Positions 1-12,038 of a stretch of 64,000 nt of DNA are shown piece by piece. Source of the stretch: Thalia democratica. Taxonomy: Eukaryota. The DNA lies in the NCBI GenBank assembly GCA_965202585.1, contig OZ241832.1, positions 6,262,001-6,326,000 of the forward strand. Reading direction: 5' to 3'. A model generated the notes under the pieces. The model did no database searches. It was not told where the DNA came from and was given only the letters and a program-made list of their open reading frames with translations. Made by a program: the position numbers and the translations under genes. Numbering within the stretch: position 1 is the first letter of the stretch; each line of letters opens with the position of its first letter.

Positions 1-54
1 GACTCTGTTTGTGATGAGCAACCACCAAACTGTATTTACGAAGAATGTGACTGA
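1..54 (+). pseudogene. 3' end of Tyr-motif tail exon (DSVCDEQPPNCIYEECD*), truncated by the window edge
   Basis: Open frame from position 1 to TGA at 52-54; AATAAA at 75-80; same sequence at the other two junctions. Confidence 0.55.
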
Positions 55-1089
55 TTTGTTAAAGAAACTTCTTAAATAAAGCTGATGAAATTTTTTTGTT
101 AAATGTTTTAAGCGTTGTTGTCAGATTTTAATCAGAATAAAGCCAAATGTATTTAAAACACGTTTCAACTTTTTGTAATCTAGCAACTTTACTTAACACT
201 ACTTGTTATTTTTCTAACTGATGTTTTTGTCAAATTGCTGTATATGGTTTGTAGCACAGTTGTCAGGCTGGATATCAAGGTTTTTTACAGATGATGGAAA
301 ACTTAAGTTTTTGAATTTAAACTTTTACTAGTGATGCTAATACTATCAATAAAATTATCAGTGTTTTAATTATTACGTCACTATACTTAAAACTTCGATG
401 TTTTCAAAATTTTGTAGAGTAAAAGTGGACTGGACAGAAAAACTTTGATTTTTGTATTTATTTAAAAAATTGCATGAAAAATGGGTGAATTTTACATTTA
501 GAATGATAAATCAAAATAACTGTTTTATAAGCACTGAAGTTAAAGTTTCGAGCAAGTTTTAAAAATTAGTATGTAATCGAAAATTTAGATAAAAAGTTAT
601 GGGCGAAACAAATACAAAACATTGTAAAAAATATATCAAGTATATGCAATATGAACTGTAAGTACTAATCAAAAACTAATAGAATGTGTTTGAAAGATGT
701 GAAAAAGTGACAGTTTACATAAATTCAACAGTTAAACTAAATTTTAAAGTTACTCAGCTGATGCAAGTAATTTAATTCAGCTTTGAAACAAAAACAAAGT
801 AAATCTAAGGGCTAGAAAAGTCTTAAAATGGTATGTTTGAACTTGCTTTAAACAAGAAACTAATTCTAGGGGTTTTAAAAACACAAAGTAAAAACTTACA
901 GTATTTTAGACATGGAATTTGAACAGGCGACGATACAGCGAACAACCAAGATTAATTCAAGGAAACATAAAACAACAACGTCACTCTGAATTAGTTCCAT
1001 ATAATTGTTGAGCTTGATTTAGAGCATGATAGCCGGATTATTTACTACAAATATGTATAACTTGTAGTCAACATCCAGCAAATAATACT

Positions 1090-1440
1090 AAAAACCACGG
1101 TACAAAAAAACGAAACGTTTTTTGAAAATTTCTTCCAGGTTTTTTAAGAACTTTTGCTCTTTTTTAGTACAAAAAAAATAAGCTGAAAAGTTGTTTTAAT
1201 TAGTAAAACAACGTACTATTACGAAAATTAAAATATATTTTTTGAATGATATACAATTTTTTCTATATGAATCGTATTTAATAGAATTTTGAATACTTAA
1301 CATAAAAAAAATCTTATTTCTTTTTAAAATTTCAGATTTTTACAGGTTTTTAATGATTTTAGTTCAAAATTCTAGGTTTTTTGAGAGTTTTTTAACCCAA
1401 ATTGTCTAGTTCCAAGTTTTCAAGTCTTTTTGCAACCCTG
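1090..1440. mobile_element. Non-autonomous TIR element relic (CAGGGTTGCCA-type right end)
   Basis: Ends ...CAAGTCTTTTTGCAACCCTG with CCAGGTTTTT-type subterminal motifs shared with other copies. The left TIR is not recognisable, so the left boundary is approximate. Confidence 0.55.
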
Positions 1441-4400
1441 TTTATATACTACTTTGGTACTTTATAAAGATTTTTGCTTATTATACAACTGTGGTAATTA
1501 CCTGTACTAGTAACTAACGAAGTTACTTTACAGAAATTAAACTACTAAAAAACTTTAGAAAGAAAATAAATGAATCGATGGTTTATCACAGAGAAGCTGG
1601 ACTGAATAAGTCATAAAGACTTTAAATAGGAAGTTTATTTGAACTGTGTTAGTTACTTGAAGGTAAAATAAGTATTGTTTGAGACTTAAAGTTGAACTAA
1701 TCATACAAACCAACACAACAAGATGATGATTGACAATAAAATACTAATAAAGAATGTAGTGGGCTAGAAGTAGAACTAACTTACGAAACAACAAAATAGA
1801 AATTTAATATCGTTTTAGACTTATAAACAAAGGCTATTAAGTTTAGAGAAACAATGGAGAATATTTTTTAAACAAACTGTTAATCAATTTTACAGTAATA
1901 CAAACAAAATAATGAGCTTCAAACTAAAATACAAAATCGGATCTACTTTCAATACTGTTGGAATAAAGTATGTTTGAATACGAACATGACATAATTCACA
2001 ACTAATTTTTCCACAGTTTTGTTCTACTCTAAACCAATACCTTTAAAAAATAAGTTATTTGAAATATTAAAGTTATTGTTAAAAAATAACTAACGTTAAC
2101 AACCTCAAAATAAGAATTAGTTGGCGTAACGGTATTTGATACAATTAATCGAAAGTACAGAGCTTTGAATCGTTGAAACATTGTTTTTATTGTCAAATAA
2201 ATTGACCATGTGGTTGCTTATAAATTTTAAGTAAAACAAATAACACGTTGTATGTCTAATTGTAAATAAACTAAAATAGTGACATGAACAACTTTTAACT
2301 GACTTATAAAAACAAACCGTCTACAAGATATTTGGCATTTATTAGACAGTATTAAACACCATAAAATACTTTAACTATTTTAATTACAATAGATATTGAA
2401 AAACTAAACTACAATGCAAAACTGTTGTGTTACTTATAGAACAATACCAAGGTTGTCTACTATAAAACTTAACCGTTCATATTAAAACACCAAGGATATG
2501 TACTATAAAACATTAAGCTTTACTTTTAGTTTAAACTTGTCTGTTAAAACAAATAATAAAACTATGTTTAGTATTTAGTTTGCTATGGGCTGTTAGTAGA
2601 TTAAGTACGAAACAGCATTAACTCTCAATAACAAACACTATTGGTTCAGGTTGAACAAAAGTTTAAATATTGTCAGTCATAAGAAATCATAAAAATATCT
2701 AAAAACATGAAAAGTGATACAATTTAATGTCGATAAGAGTGAAACATATTTTAGTTAACCCTAGAGTTTTATTCACTTATAAATAAATAATTATCCTACC
2801 TTTAACGACCCTATAAGAATTTCTAAGCATACAAAATACATTTTAAATATAAGTATGTATAATTATATTCAGTCTTTACTTAACCTTGGGCAAGATTTAG
2901 AACTAAATTACGAAACAAAAAGCATAACATAACAACAAACAAGACTTATACACAAACAATATCAATTAAAGAGAAACCGTAGATTCATTTAAAATAAACC
3001 TTGAAATAATTTTACTGAAACAACAACAATTTTTAATTAAAAATATAAAACTGGATCTTGAAAAGGTAAAATAAATCATGAGTAAAACATACTTTTCAAT
3101 GCGGGAACAACTTTTAAACCAAAATTTATCGAAGTATATTTAATTTAGTAAGGAATTTAAAGTATAATTAGACTTACAAATAATCATTAGAATAAGTTCA
3201 TAAGAAACCATAGAAACATTTTTTTGCCACAAACTTGAAAAAATTCTACAGTAATATCAGTGAAACATTAACTAAAATATGATCTAATTTTTTGATTGGA
3301 AATAAATAAATTATTTGTAAAAGACATTTTTGAACTAGTTCCAGGTTTTGTTAAGCTCCATTGAGTTTTATACTGGTGATAAAGAGAAGAAGTATGAATG
3401 TTAAGATAGTAGTTTAAGAAAAGATGGGAAACAAAACATAACATTTAGTTAACTGTTTTAGTTATGGAAACATATATGAAGCTTTGAGTCATTGTTAAAC
3501 CAAACAGTTTAGATTTTATAAGAATCAAAATGTAATACTTATTCTTAATGTTTTTCAACATTATTGACATATTTGCCAAAAGTACAACTTAGACAAGACC
3601 ATTACGTAAGATAGCCAAAAAAAAACTAGGCTTTAAATGGAGTTATCAAAATTTCTACAAACAATAACTAAACCAGACTTAAAATGATTTTTGAACTGGG
3701 CTAAAATAGTTTGATTGTAACAAAAGCATAAGTTAAGCTAGCTTTTGTTAATTTTTTTAGTTTAGAGGCACATTTAATGTTTGGTTGTAGAAGACCTAAT
3801 AAACTTTAAATGACGTGAAACTAAGACTAAAAATATCACATAGCTTTTATATCGGAAGTATATTCGAACTGTAATTATTATCTTTAAGTTTAAGATAGAT
3901 AAATGTTGTTTAAAGAATAAAATTGAAAATAATTAAATAAACCAGCGCAACAAGATGACAATTAGTAATAAAATACTTAGAACTTATTTTTTCCAATCAG
4001 TATACTTTGAAAATGATAGGAGAATATAAGGTTTAAGAGAAACCATAGTTTAAAGAAATTTTTAATTAATGTTACAGTAATACGAACAAAAAATTGAACT
4101 ACCAACTAAAAATACGAAATTAGATATAATTTTAATCTCGTTGAGAATAAGTATGTTTAATCACGAATAACACATAATTCTTAAAGCTCTATTCTAAACC
4201 AATATTTTCTTTAAAATAAATTGCACCATTTGAAATGATAGAACAACGTATTGACAAATTAGGGCAAATTTACGAACCAGAGTTGTCATAATACTATTGT
4301 TTCTATGCCAGTTGAACGCTGAACACTTATTAAACCTTGGTTTATTTAAAACTAAAACCTCTAGTAAATAATTTGTAAGGCAAGCAATTGGTTTAAACAA

Positions 4401-6195
4401 GTATGTTGCAAACAATTAAAAGCCAGATGCAGGGAACTCAATTGAATTTTATATTGGAAATAAACTAATTTTTTAGTAAAATTAGATGTAGAGTAAATAG
4501 TCTAAGTAGATTTGGCAATTTAAAGTAGGATTATTTCTAAAATGAGTTACGTTAAGAAGTAAAATTAAAGAAAAAAAAATCGTAAACATCTGCTTCACTT
4601 AAATTAAATATAAACACATGCATAGATTTCTAGAGATCTAACGTTTAGATGTAAATAAAATTACCCTTTTCACCTTATTTATCTTATTGAGAAATGCATC
4701 CAAAATCAAACCAACTAAATAGTTCTAGCTCATTAATAAAAAACATAAGTTAGTGTAATAAATTACGAACAACAATGCAAAAATTAAGAAAAAGCTAGAA
4801 GCTCCTTATCCATACATCTGGACACTTTAAACGATATGTTACTAAAATTTTGAGAAAGTTAGCGTACTAAAAGAGACTACAAGATGACGTAACATTAGTG
4901 GGTACTAAGACTAAGTAAAGTTCAACTAAAATACCTAAATTTAATGGACAAAAAAAATATGTTTCGTTACTATAACAATGCATACAACTTTATGTGGACA
5001 AACTAAGACGTTTGTTATGAGAAATTTGAACTTAGTTGGTAGTAAAGTGGAAATTATTTGCGCATAAAAGAACGTGCTTAATTACATGTACTTAAAATAA
5101 CTAAACTTCTTTCAAACATTATTAACTAAAAAGAACCCGTGGAAACTTGTTTTAGTAAGCCTTAAAATTATTTTACAGTAACAACAGCAAAACAATGAAG
5201 TGTCTAACTTAATTAAAATTATTAATAATATTAAAGTATAATAACGAACTTGACTTATAAACAAACTTTAGAATAAATTAAACCGTAAATAAATTCAAAT
5301 AGATAAAACCATAAAAATTTGGCTTAAATGGCACAACATAAATTACAGCTGAAAAAAAAACTCTAAACATAATCTTTAAATAAGCCTGTAAGTGGGATGT
5401 ATATTTAAACTGTAATTATTACTTGAAAGAAACAATTTAATCTTTTAGATTTATAGATAATTATATGTTGTTTATGACATAAAACTAGAAATAATCATAT
5501 AAACCAGCACAAAATGGTAATAATTAATGATTAATTAATTAGAATTTATTGTAATTTTGACATTAGTTTAATTTAAACGCAGGAATAAAGTATAAAAAGA
5601 GTTAATTGCCATATACATATGTATTATTTATTTGCACCTTATCAAATATTTATTATGATGTTATGATTACATTACCTTATCTATATTCCTTACGTACTTA
5701 AGACAGAATACACTAACTACCTTAAAAAAAATCCACCAAAGATTACCTTTTAAAACGACTTAAAAGTTTAATAAAAAGTGAGAATAATAGTAGTAAACTA
5801 ATTAGAGAAGTAGTACTAAAAAGTAAATTTACAGTTTTGAGACATGTTTACCCTTGTGTTTACATAGATTAAATCAGTAGGAAAATATAAAATATTTAAA
5901 TTAAATGTACACGCATTACAAACATACGAATTTGAGGATACTAAATGCTTATAAGCAAAAATATCATTTAGACAAGTATGTATGATAAAGTAATGCTCAT
6001 TCTCGTATACAAAAAACTTTGCTTAATCGTACTACAAAAACTATTTAAAAAAATAATAAACAAGACCTCGAAAATAAAACAGTTACTTAATTGGCGTAAC
6101 TGTGTTCGGTTAAAAAAAAATTAAAGCTGGTAACCAGTTTATCAATTCGCCATTTTTTAGTTTAGCTAAAGACAGTTTTATAGTGTTAATATATA

Positions 6196-6532
6196 CAAGG
6201 TTGCACATATCTAGTAGAAAAAATTTACGGATTTTTGAATTTAATTCAAAAATACATATATTCAAAAAATGGCAACTTTACTTTAAATAGACAATTTATC
6301 TCATTGAATTTCGAGTGAAATAAATATTTTTTTAAAGCAATACTTTAAAATACAATTAAAGCTACTTTAAATGTGTTTAAAATAAAAAAACAATGATGAC
6401 AAATAATATATATATACACATTTGATAGATTATTCGCGTCCAATCAAGATTTTACTACTTAACATGTAAAAGTTGCTTAAAATTCAAGGTTATTTCAAAG
6501 TTTCACAAGCTCCAGGTTTTTTGGCAACCCTG
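6196..6532. mobile_element. Rearranged MITE-like element (right TIR TGGCAACCCTG at 6522-6532; degenerate left TIR CAAGGTTGCA)
   Basis: The right ~175 bp matches the intact element at 57372-57653. Confidence 0.6.
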
Positions 6533-7939
6533 AATGATATAAATATTACAATAAACATAAAAAGTAGTCATTAGTATCAATAAAGTATTGTGTACTTTTT
6601 ATTTAATTGATCACAATAAAAGTTTTTGACTAAATAATAAGGAGAATAATCAGTTTAATATTTCAATTTAAATTTTATTACTAAAACAATTTTTACTCGT
6701 TTCAACTAAATCAAACGAGACCAGGCAATAAAATATTACTAGTTGGTTACCATATATGCTTAAATAGAAGAATTTTATTAAAAAAACATGTTATTCATTA
6801 TTTATTATGCATATGTTAGTAATGCCTGCATTATATGATACGTATATACTTCGCTAATAAAGTACAAAACATTTTAAAACTAAACAATATCTGATATTTA
6901 CTATGTGTCCATAACTTGTGGTAATATAAAATTCTAATTTATAATAAATGAGACCTCCCAAAATGATGACGTAATAATCATGAATAAATATAAATACCGA
7001 AATTTATGAAAAAGACATTAGATTAGTTTGTTAGATTTTAAAAAATGGCCACGTTTTCTGAGTACAAATTAAGGTGTAAATATAGAATTTTATGAAGGGG
7101 AGCAAAATAACTATATGGAAAAGTTTAGCTCACTGTCTATTCAAGTAACAATTAAAATTGTCCAACGATGCATTATGCTTGATAAAAATAACGACTACAG
7201 TGAACAACTTAAATATTTTGTGGCTAAGATACCGGTTGCAAAAATCTAGAAAAAAAAAGAGTAACTTGTACGGGTTTTATCTCTTTTAAACAACGTCAGA
7301 GTGAAATTAGTCCATTAAATCAACAGTCTTTACTTAACTTTGTTCTACATATAACAACAAAACTAAAATATAGTTACGAACTAGACCTATATGTAATCAA
7401 TAGAATTACTTTATAAGAAACCATAGAATTTTTTAAACAGCCATTAGAAAAAAAAACAATAAAACATTATTTAATTTATGACAATGAATCCAATTTCAAC
7501 TTTGTTGAACTTTTGTAAAACAAATCATTAGTTAACAATATGTTTTAATTTATCCCAGAGCTTTGTTAATTTTTAAACCAATGCTTATCTAACGAAAAAC
7601 GTCCACATAAAGTTTCTAATTATAGTAAATTATCTTGCCATGAATGCTGACGTTTTATTACTTTTAACGGAACATTTACTTAATTCTATTTCATATTAGT
7701 GATAAGCAGAAGACTTATCAATAGTCTAGAAGCTAATAAACGGTTGACGATAAAAACATATTTAGTTAATATTATAAAATTTTTGAGGCACTGTTTGAGT
7801 AATGAACTTATATTTTTACTAAAAATATAATGCATAACATTTAGTTGAATAAATATATAGTTTTCAGTTAGTAAGATTTAACATATATATTAACGGATAG
7901 ATGTAATAAAATTAAAATATCATTAGGCAGAATTACATA

Positions 7940-8830
7940 AGGCCTAGAAGTGTACCTTACTTAAAATGCGTACTTTACAGTTACATAGATAAATAAAAAT
8001 GTCTTCATTATTTTTAAATATAAAGATGCCAAACAAGCACAACAATCACAATTTTTTTATTAATAAACTTTTAAATATAAAACAACCAATTCATCATCAA
8101 AAATAAAACTAAGAATACTTATACAAACCGTGAAACTAGACTGAAAAACTCTCAAAGCTTTATACAATGCTGGAAGTATACTCGAACTGTAATGTAAAAG
8201 TTTAATAAAAAATAATTGAAATATTAAGAAATAAGGTTGAAAATAGTTATACAAACCAGCGCAACAATGATGAAATGCTAAAAGCTGATTGTAGTTTGAA
8301 AATTATTTTTTTTTTGAAAATACTAAGAAAATCTACACACATCAAAGTTTTTATTTAAGAAATACTTTATATTCAAACTGAAGCAGTCTCAAAAAAAATA
8401 AACAAAGTTTATGTAGAAAAACAAAAAGATTGAAAAGTGAACTTGAGAATCAATTGATCAATTTGATAGCTAAACTAAACTTTTGACCGTACTGAAATAC
8501 ATAAAGCCCAGAGACGTACCTTACTTTAAATGCGTAACTTACATTTTTAGATACCCTAACATTTTTACACAGATAATTAAAATGTCTTTATTATTTTAAA
8601 ATATAAAAATTCCAAACAAGCACGAAACTTATATCTTGTTTTTAAAAATTAAAAAAAGTTAATTAAACAAGACGCTCATTGAAATCATACAAAACTGAGA
8701 AGACTTATACGAATCGTGAAACTAGAATGAACTTTAAACAAGTACTGTTTGAGACATAAGGTGTAAATGTTCATAAAAACAACCACAACAACATGATAGT
8801 AAATAACAAAACACTAATGACTTACTGTAG
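7940..8830 (+). repeat. Old ~570-bp tandem duplication (7940-8290 / 8505-8830)
   Basis: Shared GTACCTTACTT..AATGCGTA, AAAATGTCTT.ATTATTTT..AATATAAA..T.CCAAACAAGCAC and GTGAAACTAGA motifs. Confidence 0.7.
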
Positions 8831-9192
8831 ATCGAAGATTAGTATATTTTGAAAATATCAAGAGAATATTGTCTTTTGAATCTTTTATTGATGAGAAACA
8901 AAATATTAAGAGCTTAGCAGTAAGAAATGCTATGAAGAGTAGAACATTTATTGTGGAAACACTAAGTGTTGTTTGTAAATTTCTTTTAGGTTTTAAAAAA
9001 CACGTTTTTTGGTCCATTTTTAGTTGGTCATTTAATTTAAGTAAAAAAATTGTCTTTAATGGCATAACAACATTGTAAATATACTGTAAAGGTACTCCTA
9101 GTGTGTTATACAATGAAATTATATATTGGTGATACAAAAAAATTCGTTACTTTACATAAAATAAAAAATAATGTTTTTATTAACTTTGGTTC

Positions 9193-9244
9193 GAACTGTT
9201 CTGGGTTTTTCCAGGGTTTTAGGTTTCAAAAAGTCGACAACATA
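9193..9244. mobile_element. Degenerate right end of the same TIR family
   Basis: CTGGGTTTTTCCAGGGTTTTAGG...AAGTCGACAACA resembles 19524-19567. Confidence 0.35.
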
Positions 9245-10569
9245 GCTCTTTACAGGGGCTACAATCAATAATAAAAGTGATGAACCGAAAAAGTAAATGT
9301 GTAATCAACAGTAAGGAGTTTTTTGTTACTTGTGCCAAGTGGACATTTAAAAAAAAAATTTGTGAAACCTCGGAACTAAGAGCTTAATAAAAACTTAATC
9401 ATGAAATTATAATCGCAGCTATTTTAACATACTTAAACTAATCAAAGCATATAAGAGTCCACCCTATTAGATTTAAAATCGAAAAAGCGAGTTTAATCTG
9501 AAATATAAATTTGTTAATTGAATTAGTTAAGAAAGTAGTTTGACTGAATGGGTCATGACTTTGAATGAATAACGTATACGAAGCATTAACTTTGCTTTTG
9601 TCTAACAAATAACAAAGATAATGCAGTATCCCGACATGAAATATGACATGTTTAATTCAACCGAGAACTAAAAAAGTAAAAAATGAGAGTACTAACTATA
9701 AAAACCAAGTAAGTTCACAAACAAGTTTAAATATATCAAAAATAAAAGAACATTAGTCATTACTTTCCACATAAAAAATTGTTAAACAAAATATGTTTGT
9801 TTAAAGACTCAATAATTAAGAAAGGACCCACTGATTGTATATATTAAAAACAATTCACGTAGCTATAGAAAACGTAAACATAAACTGTATTTGTTTAACA
9901 ATAGTAAAATTTTTATTACGAAATGAACGGTTTAGTTAACAAATTAAAAAAAACTTAAGTATGACTAAAACCTGAAGTATTTATTGGTAACACGTTAACG
10001 TCTATAGTTAATATGTAAAGTTACTCTGATTAACTTAAATTTATAGAAAAAATACTTAAAATAGAAAACTAAATGAAATTAACTAACTGCTGGACAAAGC
10101 AATCGTAAAACAGTTAAAAATCATATATGTACTTGAAAAAAACAACTACTTTGTTTGATTTTAATATGCAAAGTTGCAACTTTAGAGAGTTAAACATTTC
10201 AGTTGGAACATTTGTTAACCTTTTATGACAAAATAGTTTGGCACAGATTTAGTCTGTTTATTAGTTTACTAAAAAAGTTTTTATGTACTTTGCATATCAA
10301 ATTATAAGGTTCTGTCTAGATTAAGTATATTGTTTATAAAAATACGCAGTAACAAGTATAGTACATACACACATATAATTGAGCTGTTACTTGTTAAAAC
10401 TAAATAATTTTTATATAGAAAGTTTTGTGTTTAAGTTTACCATTGCTATCTAAGCATTTTTAACTACTTGCAAAAGACAGTTTTTAAATATAACTTGCAT
10501 ATATCTATATGATAAATATTACTACTACTAGAATAATTATTAAAAAACTTATAATCAATGAGAATACCG

Positions 10570-11330
10570 GATTATGACGCAAGAACGTAGTAATATAAAA
10601 TAATTAATAAGTTCAAGGATTTGACGTGGAAAAAAGCAGAAAACGAAAATACAATTGATGCAAATGATTTGTAAATTTACCTAATTTTATGTGGACAAGT
10701 TAAGACGTAAATTTTTAGTAGAAGTATTTAAAACAAGTGGCTCATGAGTAATATATATCTGTTATCTTTCATACAACTAAAGAGTGAAATTAGTCTGTTC
10801 TATCTAATAACTTCTAGTGAAAATAAAGTTTGAAGTACTAGCACATTAACTCGGACGTAACTCATTAAAAAACTGGTAAATCTTAGTATAATAGATGTTT
10901 TATCTTCAATTATTAGAAAGTTATTTGCTTAAAAAGATAGTTTATAAACATAACTTAAGTTTATTTTACATAAGTAGCAATAACCTAAAAAATTATATAA
11001 AAAAAGAGACTGCCTCATTATGACGCAACAATATGGTAAAACAAAATAAAAAAAAATTAAGGATTTAATGTTGAAAAATAGCAGAAAAAGAAAAGTTCGT
11101 ACAATTGAGGCAAATGATTTTTTAAATTTCCTAACTTTAAGTGGACAAATTAAGAAGAAAATGTTTAATGTATAAGTAGCATAAATTTAAAACAAGTGGC
11201 TCATGAGTAATTTATATCTGTTATCTTTCATACAACTTGATAGTTTAATAAGTCTGTCATATGTTTTCGTTAAGTGAAAATTAAATTCAGTCATGTATTA
11301 GTCATGACTTAAAAGTACTAGCACATTTTC
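10570..11330 (+). repeat. Old ~446-bp tandem duplication (10570-10860 / 11016-11330)
   Basis: Shared ATTATGACGCAA, ACAATTGA.GCAAATGATTT, AAAACAAGTGGCTCATGAGTAAT.TATATCTGTTATCTTTCATACAACT and AAGTACTAGCACATT. Confidence 0.85.
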
Positions 11331-11336
11331 TCGTAC

Positions 11337-11891
11337 ATCCAAGTCATAACTCAAAAAGGTGCCGACCAGCAGAGTAACCGGGCCTAAAGGACAAGAATTA
11401 AAAAAAAACTAAGGGCAGGCCGGGAGATGACAGGTGCGAAGCACCGTGTCATCGACCGGCCGTAGCCCTTTGTTTTTTTTTAATTCTTGTCCGCTACCTA
11501 AAACTTACCAATCAAACTCATCAATGTAAAACCACTCAGTTATTAATTGAAAAACTAAAACTGATATTACCGTCAGGCCTTTAATGGTTAAACACTAATA
11601 AGTTAGATCATATAAGCTCAAGGTTGTTTAAAAGATAACAGATAAAGACCGTACAAATATAACGCAAAAACGTACATTTGTTTGGCAGTTACGCTACTCA
11701 CGGTCCATTTGACAGAAAAAGGTGGCCTCCAAGAAAAAAGGCCGCGAAGAAAAAGAGAGAAGGAAAAAGTGAAAATTTTTTCGCCGGCGGAGCCGGCGAA
11801 ATGCCTTAAAAATTATTTTAAATAATCTACACCAAAAATTTCCCACCCATTTTCACATTAGGGGAATCCCCAATTTGAAAAAAATGGGTGA
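11337..11891. mobile_element. GC-rich non-coding insertion with three hairpins (probable non-autonomous element)
   Basis: 104-bp inverted repeat 11389-11492 with loop GCGAAGC; 10-bp stem 11779-11801 with loop GCGGAGC; imperfect palindrome 11844-11890. Boundaries approximate. Confidence 0.65.
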
Positions 11892-12038
11892 CAGGGCTTT
11901 AAAAATTAGTGCGTACCTTACGCGGATGCGTACTTCTTAAAAATTACCTTTATTTGTAACAGGAAATGTGTAATTAAAAATTTAGTGCGTACTTTATGCG
12001 GGTGCGTACCTTATGCGCTTAAAATGGTTTAGAGCCTA
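11892..12038. mobile_element. Small TIR element with internal GTGCGTAC subrepeats (~75 bp)
   Basis: Ends CAGGGCTTTAAA / TTTAGAGCCTA (imperfect TIR); two AGTGCGTAC..TA.GCGG.TGCGTAC subrepeat heads. Confidence 0.6.

Larger units (their letters stand above)
1597..11336 (+). pseudogene. Heavily decayed LRR-coding region, block 1 (several paralogous fragments, interrupted by MITEs)
   Basis: Plus-strand motifs read by eye: LNISMYNYIQSL (2843-2878), QLKYLNLMD (4923-4949), LDLYVINRITL (7381-7413), KKIVFNGITTL (end of ORF 8869), NLKYL/IGNTLTSI (9969-10006), RTIEANDFLNFLTLSGQIKK (11098 onward). Stops and frameshifts throughout. Confidence 0.6.

Noticed and set aside
1707-1767. CAACAAG-ATG-ATG in the recurring block as a conserved gene start
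   Set aside because: The frame closes within ~15 codons, no signal peptide is evident, and LRR-like text also lies upstream, so it may be internal coding sequence.
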